DNA of 64,000 bases, from contig NMRA01000466.1 of NCBI GenBank assembly GCA_002633005.1, positions 286,633 through 350,632 on the forward strand, read 5' to 3'. Position 1 is the stretch's first letter. Every line of letters begins with the position of its first letter. The notes beneath the pieces were generated by a model. It saw only the letters and a program-made list of their open reading frames with translations, ran no database searches and had not been told where the DNA came from. The position numbers were made by a program, and so were the translations under genes. Shown here one piece after another: positions 60,901 to 64,000 of this stretch. This stretch comes from Phoronis australis (taxonomy: Eukaryota; Animalia; Phoronida).

Positions 60901-63866
60901 GCTTTCGGCCAATTATTTTTTAGCAGATTCTTCAATCAACTGTTCTCCCAAAACACTGCGTAAAGTAACAACAAATAATCGGAATTGGTTTCACTCTATT
61001 GTAAAATTTTATTTTTTTGCCAAATCCACGGAATAGATCATTATTAATATAGAATTCATCAATGTCAATTTCTGAAACAGACGTTGGCATGAAAAGAACG
61101 TGGATTGTTTACATTCGAAAGAAACACTTCAAGAAACAAATAATCAGGTCAAAACAACTTTCCAGTGTATAATAATATGTTTTAGTTAAAATATCATCTG
61201 ACTGAAAACCACTCTCTAAACTCACCCGCAGTCGATTGAAACTTGGTAGCGACGGCGTTTTCACACCTAGGACGACTTTTGTTTTAATACATTCATTATC
61301 GATCTAATATTGATTGCCAGTTTCTAATGCATGATTTATCTGCAGTAATCCCTGAATGCCGTGCATAGTATGTGACACTCTGACCGGAGTCCTTGACTTT
61401 CGGGACCCGGTCAGGCACAGTCGTCCCTGCGTTTCAATGATATAGCTAACTACAGGCATATGATCCAGTGCATGTGTACTGACCACTCAATTTACAGTAC
61501 TTTGCTGAAAATGCGCTAGGATGAGTGAGGCGGAAATCCCGAAACATTTTCCTCTCGGAAGGTAAATGACGTACCGGGCAAACGATGGCCGGGCCGTGCA
61601 CATAACGCTCTAACGTTGTTTCATAGAAAAAGGAAACTACATACGCATGCGCAAAAACGACAACTGGAGAACTTAACAATATATTTTCAATCATGTCAGA
61701 ACATTCCAGTCACATCTGCCTCTGTGTGACTGATATACAATGTACGAAGGACGGGTATCTACAATGCAAAAACGGACGTAAGATGTTCAAAATCCCGGGA
61801 GTTCCTCACTATCACCACATGAGAGCGGCAACGTGTTGCCAATGGCAATATAACACGAACTGTACGAGGAATTTTCTCAATCAAACCAGGGTTTTTCTTC
61901 TGCAAATAACATTCAATTGGGCGTGTGAACGTTCAAATACGAAAACAATATAACTATTTGCAATTCATCATAACCAATGTTTACAGAAATCATTGTTTGG
62001 TGACTTTTTGAACAAGTAGAACAGGAGCTCAGCAGGTTTTCGGGTATCTCGAATGTTGAACAAACTCAGTATTTGGAGGCCTTTTTGGTACAGTGGTCCA
62101 AAAGTGACATCGAGCGTTTCTTTATCAATTATCTCAGGATCTTGTGATACCGACATAATTATCTCGGGGTCTCGTAGCAACGCTTATGTTCAGAATTTCC
62201 AATGATTCCAGGTAGCATTGTCTGATGAAAGGACAGAACTTAAATTTATCACGCTACAACAGATTTACATGTCCGATGTTAATGGGGTGATTTCAAAGAT
62301 CTTCTTTCCGCGTAGTACTGCGGCACTACTAGTTTTACTGGCTGAAAAACAAAAATTGAATTAGGCCTCTTACTTTTATAAAATCAACGTCAAATGTACA
62401 TGTAAGGCTTGTTTTCTCAGCTGCCAAAAATATTAGAATATGTTAGAGATCTTTTCATCTTAGGGCCGTCGCAAAACAAATTGTAGATATTCTCAGGTGT
62501 CGCTCTGGTGTCATTATTAACGTTAAGCTCTTTCGGCATTTTTTGACCAGACTAGGGCTTTCGCGTCGTAACAGTTATTCAGCTACTGACGATGTGATTG
62601 ATTTCAATGACCGACAAATATCGATGCCAGGGCAGCTACATGGTTACAGATTCAAGCACCACAAATGTTCCACTGATAGCTTAGTGGTGAAACGAAAAAT
62701 TGTGCGAGTCATTCTTGCCTCTGTCGATCCAGATCAGTTGTGAGGCAACGCCACGCGCCAGAAGGAAAATGACCTCGGGATCTCGAGATCCCGTGATGAT
62801 TAAGTTGAAATCTTGAGGTTCTGTGACAATTGAAAAAGAGAAGGGCGATCCGATGCCAAATGATGTCATATGGATTTCGCAAGCTATTGTTTAACTTGAG
62901 ATTTCCATACGACTGGCGTAAGCTTACAGTATCTACCGATATCTATGCGACGAGCTTGCGCCTTAGATTCCAGTGGGATGAAAGTTTTGGGCCACCATAG
63001 GATTGCGCTTTCTAGATTATTAATTTTCTGTCATACGTCATTAGGTTCTCTTAAATCACTTTTCCCGAACCGTGAGGGACTACTAGTATTCATGTAGCAC
63101 AGAGTATCTGGAGCATTCGGTTGGAGAGATGTTCAGGAGTTTCTACTTAGCCCACCAGTTCAGACTTATTTTAAAGTCATGGGCCATTAACTGAGATCAT
63201 TAGCATATACTTCTTGTGTGGTACCTCGAATGTAGTATCTAGGTCTGTTTTAATGATGGTTCTTCCTGGTCTTCTGGCGGACTCCTTCCAGCCTTGGGTA
63301 ATTCGATGCTCACTGGAACAGGATTATTCGTTTTAAATCAGTTTTACCGGGGCTTCGGATATCTAGTCTAGCTCATGCTCTCGAAAGCCTTCTCCTGGAT
63401 GAATTCTTTGGTACCTCATTTCTCTATACGAAGTGCTATTACTCTCCAGCATTTTAGATAACTTGTTGTAACTAATATTCCACTTAGGAATCCTTTATTT
63501 TTCAGATGTTTGCATTGCTGTAAAATTGTTTGTAAGTAACTATGACGTGTAAATTGATATGGGTCTATTTCAGAGAAATGTTTCTTTCCAAGGCCGACAC
63601 TTTTCAACCCGTGGCTGTTTTCGTACGCTAAGATTTCGTCTAAATTCAACGAGTCCCACAACTCAAACGCCATTCGGATGCAAAATCCCTTTGGATGGTT
63701 GACTGATGCAGAAGACAACTCACCGTATTACATGCTCGCCTTCAAAGTTCCGCTCACTGTTCAGGGTCTCTTAATAAAGGGCACCAATGTCGCGGAGCTG
63801 CGTCTTCAGCACAGGATGAACGAATCAGATCCATGGGAGTCCCATATGTTTTATGACAACTCAGTG
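878..63866 (+). CDS. Partial multi-exon gene (span of visible exons): large extracellular modular protein with a Cys-rich (VWC-like) exon, ~35 tandem cbEGF domains, a mucin-like segment and discoidin/F5-8C-like domains (fibrillin-like EGF array; start and stop outside the window)
   Basis: ~40 AG/GT-bounded exons on + strand. EGF exons follow D-[IVF]-[DN]-E-C...C...C-x-N-x-x-G-x-[FY]-x-C-x-C-x-x-G-[FY]-x-G-[DN]-G-x-x-C and are all phase 1-1, so they join in frame. Confidence 0.9.
1550..2880 (-). mobile_element. Highly decayed non-LTR retrotransposon (CR1/L2-like LINE ORF2 remnant)
   Basis: Minus-strand fragments resemble ORF2 motifs: [12 protein letters not shown] (APE start), [15 protein letters not shown], and C-terminal FSYFP..AITVW..A.TS..EF; many stops and frameshifts. 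Confidence 0.55.
3365..3490 (+). CDS. cbEGF exon 1 ([42 protein letters not shown])
   Basis: ttttAG/GTaaat, 126 bp, 6 Cys, cbEGF consensus. Confidence 0.93.
5748..5870 (+). CDS. cbEGF exon type A, copy 1 ([41 protein letters not shown])
   Basis: tttcAG/GTacag, 123 bp. Confidence 0.92.
6605..6727 (+). CDS. cbEGF exon type B, copy 1 ([41 protein letters not shown])
   Basis: tttcAG/GTaagg, 123 bp. Confidence 0.92.
7616..7735 (+). CDS. cbEGF exon type C ([40 protein letters not shown])
   Basis: tttcAG/GTgaga, 120 bp; carries S>R and G>E changes relative to other C copies. Confidence 0.88.
7945..8445. mobile_element. ~500-bp LTR-like repeat, copy 1, followed by ~4.7 kb of non-array sequence
   Basis: Termini TGGGGACA...TGTCCAC (imperfect inverted ends); near-identical copy at 20793-21292 at the same position of the C intron. 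Confidence 0.6.
10100..10462. mobile_element. Non-autonomous DNA transposon (PIF/Harbinger-type MITE)
   Basis: Perfect 31-bp TIR ggcccggtctccaatctccgtactcagactc; 3-bp CAG duplication at 10097-10099 and 10463-10465; subterminal tactc/gagta repeats; N at 10316 so true length is unknown. Confidence 0.85.
11551..11590. repeat. (ATT)n microsatellite
   Basis: ttattattattattattattattattag. Confidence 0.85.
13951..14070 (+). CDS. cbEGF exon type C
   Basis: AG/GT, 120 bp, [40 protein letters not shown]. Confidence 0.9.
14685..14804 (+). CDS. cbEGF exon type C
   Basis: AG/GT, 120 bp, open frame. Confidence 0.9.
15643..15765 (+). CDS. cbEGF exon type A, copy 2
   Basis: AG/GTagag, 123 bp, [41 protein letters not shown]. 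Confidence 0.88.
16486..16608 (+). CDS. cbEGF exon type B, copy 2
   Basis: AG/GTaagg, 123 bp, [41 protein letters not shown]. Confidence 0.9.
17486..17605 (+). CDS. cbEGF exon type C (NAK variant, ends CE)
   Basis: AG/GT, 120 bp. Confidence 0.9.
18221..18340 (+). CDS. cbEGF exon type C (NAL variant)
   Basis: AG/GT, 120 bp. Confidence 0.9.
18955..19074 (+). CDS. cbEGF exon type C (NAV variant)
   Basis: AG/GT, 120 bp. Confidence 0.9.
19695..19814 (+). CDS. cbEGF exon type C
   Basis: AG/GT, 120 bp. Confidence 0.9.
20462..20581 (+). CDS. cbEGF exon type C (NAL, SGG variant)
   Basis: AG/GT, 120 bp. Confidence 0.9.
20793..21292. mobile_element. ~500-bp LTR-like repeat, solo copy
   Basis: Interrupts the C-intron consensus gtagttaatgggaag; flanked by ttat/taat; intron resumes directly after. 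Confidence 0.65.
21698..21817 (+). CDS. cbEGF exon type C
   Basis: AG/GT, 120 bp. Confidence 0.9.
22646..22768 (+). CDS. cbEGF exon type A, copy 3
   Basis: AG/GTagag, 123 bp, [41 protein letters not shown]. Confidence 0.88.
23497..23619 (+). CDS. cbEGF exon type B, copy 3
   Basis: AG/GTaagg, 123 bp, same peptide as copy 2. Confidence 0.9.
24497..24616 (+). CDS. cbEGF exon type C (NAK, NRDG variant)
   Basis: AG/GT, 120 bp; visible in ORF 24379..24651. Confidence 0.9.
25408..25527 (+). CDS. cbEGF exon type C (KAV variant)
   Basis: AG/GT, 120 bp. Confidence 0.88.
26152..26271 (+). pseudogene. Pseudo-exon, type C, acceptor mutated
   Basis: Acceptor reads tttcGG instead of tttcAG; also DIDEC>DIDVC and D>Y; donor intact. 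Confidence 0.75.
26521..26863 (+). CDS. Mucin-like Thr/Ser/Pro-rich exon, apparently 5'-truncated ([24 protein letters not shown] x2, TVS[AT][14 protein letters not shown] x2 ... KHPTTTML)
   Basis: Open T/S/P-rich frame with 72-bp and 63-bp internal repeats; GTAAGT donor at 26864 (phase 1); 5' end fused to C-intron sequence without a phase-1 acceptor. Confidence 0.75.
27010..27250 (+). mobile_element. tRNA-derived SINE-like fragment
   Basis: A-box-like tggcctattgg (~27022) and B-box-like gtttcgagtcc (~27066) at tRNA spacing; no clean cloverleaf; 3' boundary approximate. Confidence 0.5.
27454..27513 (+). CDS. Small Thr-rich linker exon ([20 protein letters not shown])
   Basis: tttctacAG/GTaagt, 60 bp, phase 1-1, continues the mucin frame. 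Confidence 0.8.
27922..28205 (+). CDS. Exon encoding the first part of a divergent discoidin (F5/8 type C)-like domain ([11 protein letters not shown]...[47 protein letters not shown])
   Basis: ctttcAG acceptor, GTaagg donor (phase 0); pattern C..L...G[YW]xP...L.I.F...V.V.G..I....F.I.F...Y...G resembles F5/8C strands; domain call by eye. Confidence 0.7.
28316..28466. mobile_element. Degenerate MITE with inverted ends
   Basis: cgttcagtaatgctaggacctcgctaaaa ... ttttagctaggtcctagcg...tactgaacg; CAG on both sides. Confidence 0.55.
29223..29342 (+). CDS. cbEGF exon type C (CACLTG variant)
   Basis: AG/GT, 120 bp. Confidence 0.87.
30305..30410 (+). pseudogene. Pseudo-exon, type A (frameshift, first Cys lost, 3' truncated)
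   Basis: ATTACTGAGAGTGAG replaces ATTAATGAGTGTGAA; +1 insertion at ggcccaagacacg; similarity stops after tttggaa, no donor. Confidence 0.8.
32458..32580 (+). CDS. cbEGF exon ([41 protein letters not shown])
   Basis: ttttAG/GTaatt, 123 bp. Confidence 0.92.
34407..34526 (+). CDS. cbEGF exon ([40 protein letters not shown])
   Basis: tttcAG/GTatgc, 120 bp. Confidence 0.92.
36388..36516 (+). CDS. Divergent EGF exon ([43 protein letters not shown])
   Basis: tttatAG/GTaaga, 129 bp, 6 Cys. Confidence 0.9.
37718..38067. mobile_element. MITE with CA(G/T)xGGCGGAT / ATCCGCCACTG ends nested in HINE
   Basis: cataggcggattt ... agatccgccactg; flanks gtgta/gtgtt. Confidence 0.55.
38146..39015 (+). mobile_element. 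Complete HINE-like element (inner nested copy)
   Basis: subTIR atgcgcccac + adjacent IR gtgggtgcat; cgtc-rich tract; 3' subTIR gtgggcgcat then hairpin caacg-gtttt-cgttg and gtcttgt. Confidence 0.75.
41743..41865 (+). CDS. cbEGF exon ([41 protein letters not shown])
   Basis: tttcAG/GTatgt, 123 bp. Confidence 0.92.
42135..42257 (+). CDS. cbEGF exon ([41 protein letters not shown])
   Basis: tttctAG/GTatgt, 123 bp. Confidence 0.92.
45000..45122 (+). CDS. cbEGF exon type X1 ([41 protein letters not shown])
   Basis: AG/GTatga, 123 bp. Confidence 0.92.
46498..46620 (+). CDS. cbEGF exon type Y1 ([41 protein letters not shown])
   Basis: AG/GTaagc, 123 bp. Confidence 0.92.
49019..49141 (+). CDS. 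cbEGF exon type X2 ([41 protein letters not shown])
   Basis: AG/GTatga, 123 bp. Confidence 0.92.
49446..49568 (+). CDS. cbEGF exon type Y2 ([41 protein letters not shown])
   Basis: AG/GTaagc, 123 bp. Confidence 0.92.
49858..50345 (+). mobile_element. 3'-truncated HINE-like element carrying a nested MITE (50021-50177)
   Basis: tttttatgcgcccac...gtaggtgcat 5' structure; nested ctgtggcgaa...gatccgcccctg. Confidence 0.65.
50750..50872 (+). CDS. cbEGF exon type X3 ([41 protein letters not shown])
   Basis: AG/GTatga, 123 bp. Confidence 0.9.
51078..51200 (+). CDS. cbEGF exon type Y3 ([41 protein letters not shown])
   Basis: AG/GTaagc, 123 bp. Confidence 0.92.
51466..52020 (+). mobile_element. 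3'-truncated HINE-like element carrying a nested MITE (51627-51784)
   Basis: Paralog of the 49858 copy; nested cagtggcgaa...gaaccgcctctg with atgac/ataac flanks. Confidence 0.65.
52424..52546 (+). CDS. cbEGF exon type X4 ([41 protein letters not shown])
   Basis: ttttAG/GTatga, 123 bp. Confidence 0.92.
52766..53134. mobile_element. Insertion containing tRNA-derived sequence and a palindrome (second copy ~54505-54850)
   Basis: Absent from the paralogous X2-Y2 intron; 13-bp direct repeats ttattgtacatgt/ttattgcacatgt; taactcagtggttagagcact is tRNA D-arm/A-box-like. Confidence 0.6.
53399..53521 (+). CDS. cbEGF exon type Y4 ([41 protein letters not shown])
   Basis: AG/GTaagc, 123 bp. Confidence 0.92.
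53833..54215 (+). mobile_element. HINE-like element 5' part, cut by N at 54216
   Basis: ttttcatgcgcccac...; same as start of the 55552 copy. Confidence 0.6.
54217..54284 (+). CDS. 3' half of an X-type cbEGF exon, cut by assembly gap N at 54216 (identical to 3' part of X4)
   Basis: [22 protein letters not shown] + GTatga directly after an N. Confidence 0.55.
55114..55236 (+). CDS. cbEGF exon type Y5 (same peptide as Y4; possibly an allelic duplicate)
   Basis: AG/GTaagc, 123 bp. Confidence 0.75.
55552..56838 (+). mobile_element. Full-length HINE-like element
   Basis: 5' atgcgcccac, internal cctagtggca repeats, 3' gtgggctcat...ggctcttg; paralogous empty site at 46979-46982. Confidence 0.75.
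58314..58436 (+). CDS. cbEGF exon type X6 ([41 protein letters not shown])
   Basis: AG/GTatga, 123 bp. Confidence 0.92.
58720..58890 (-). mobile_element. Penelope-like retroelement fragment (GIY-YIG endonuclease C-terminus)
   Basis: Minus strand reads [44 protein letters not shown] (one stop, one frameshift), matching the H...GH.F...ILD.E..W..R.IKEAI.I....PSLNR motif. Confidence 0.7.
60238..60360 (+). CDS. Last cbEGF exon of the array ([41 protein letters not shown])
   Basis: tttcAG/GTaatg, 123 bp. Confidence 0.92.
63574..63866 (+). CDS. Exon encoding the first part of a divergent discoidin (F5/8 type C)-like domain ([14 protein letters not shown]...[60 protein letters not shown])
   Basis: tttcAG acceptor in phase 1 continuing the EGF frame; ~97 open codons; probable G|GTGGGT donor (exact end uncertain); GW...PY..L.F..P.TV.G..I.G pattern. 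Confidence 0.72.
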
Positions 63867-64000
63867 GTGGGTGAAGGGTGGTCATTTTAAGCAGAGAGGG
63901 TTTTTCGTTGTCGAGGTTTTTAGCTGTACTACCAGTTGCTTAATCTAGTTTCTTTGCTGCACATATGCCTTTAGCTGAGCACAGACAAAGAGCTAGGAGC

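Noticed and set aside
63480-63540. Extra EGF exon after tttcagatgtt
   Set aside because: No EGF Cys pattern follows; the credible acceptor is at 63573

Overview
AT-rich eukaryotic (animal, probably marine invertebrate) genomic DNA from a draft assembly with six single-N joins. The whole window lies inside one large, intron-rich + strand gene for an extracellular modular protein; neither end is in view. I read, in order: a small Cys-rich exon (VWC-type tail), 35 intact calcium-binding EGF (cbEGF) exons, and a discoidin/F5-8C-like exon. Each cbEGF exon is a symmetric phase 1-1 cassette of 120-129 bp bounded by AG/GT. The cbEGF exons are expanding by tandem duplication at two scales. From 5.7 to 31 kb there is a higher-order (A-B-Cn) array built on a ~735-bp C monomer, and from 45 to 58.5 kb there is an (X-Y)n array. 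The first array also holds dead copies: a splice-acceptor mutant, a frameshifted copy, and one monomer whose 120-bp exon is cleanly deleted. A Thr/Ser/Pro mucin exon, a small linker exon and a second discoidin-like exon sit out of register inside the array (26.5-29.0 kb). Introns carry a decayed LINE, an LTR-like element (long and solo forms), Harbinger-type MITEs, Helentron-associated (HINE-like) elements, tRNA-derived SINE-like pieces and a Penelope fragment. Most ORFs in the supplied track are spurious or off-frame reads of these exons. All coordinates and translations were read by eye; no database searches were run.
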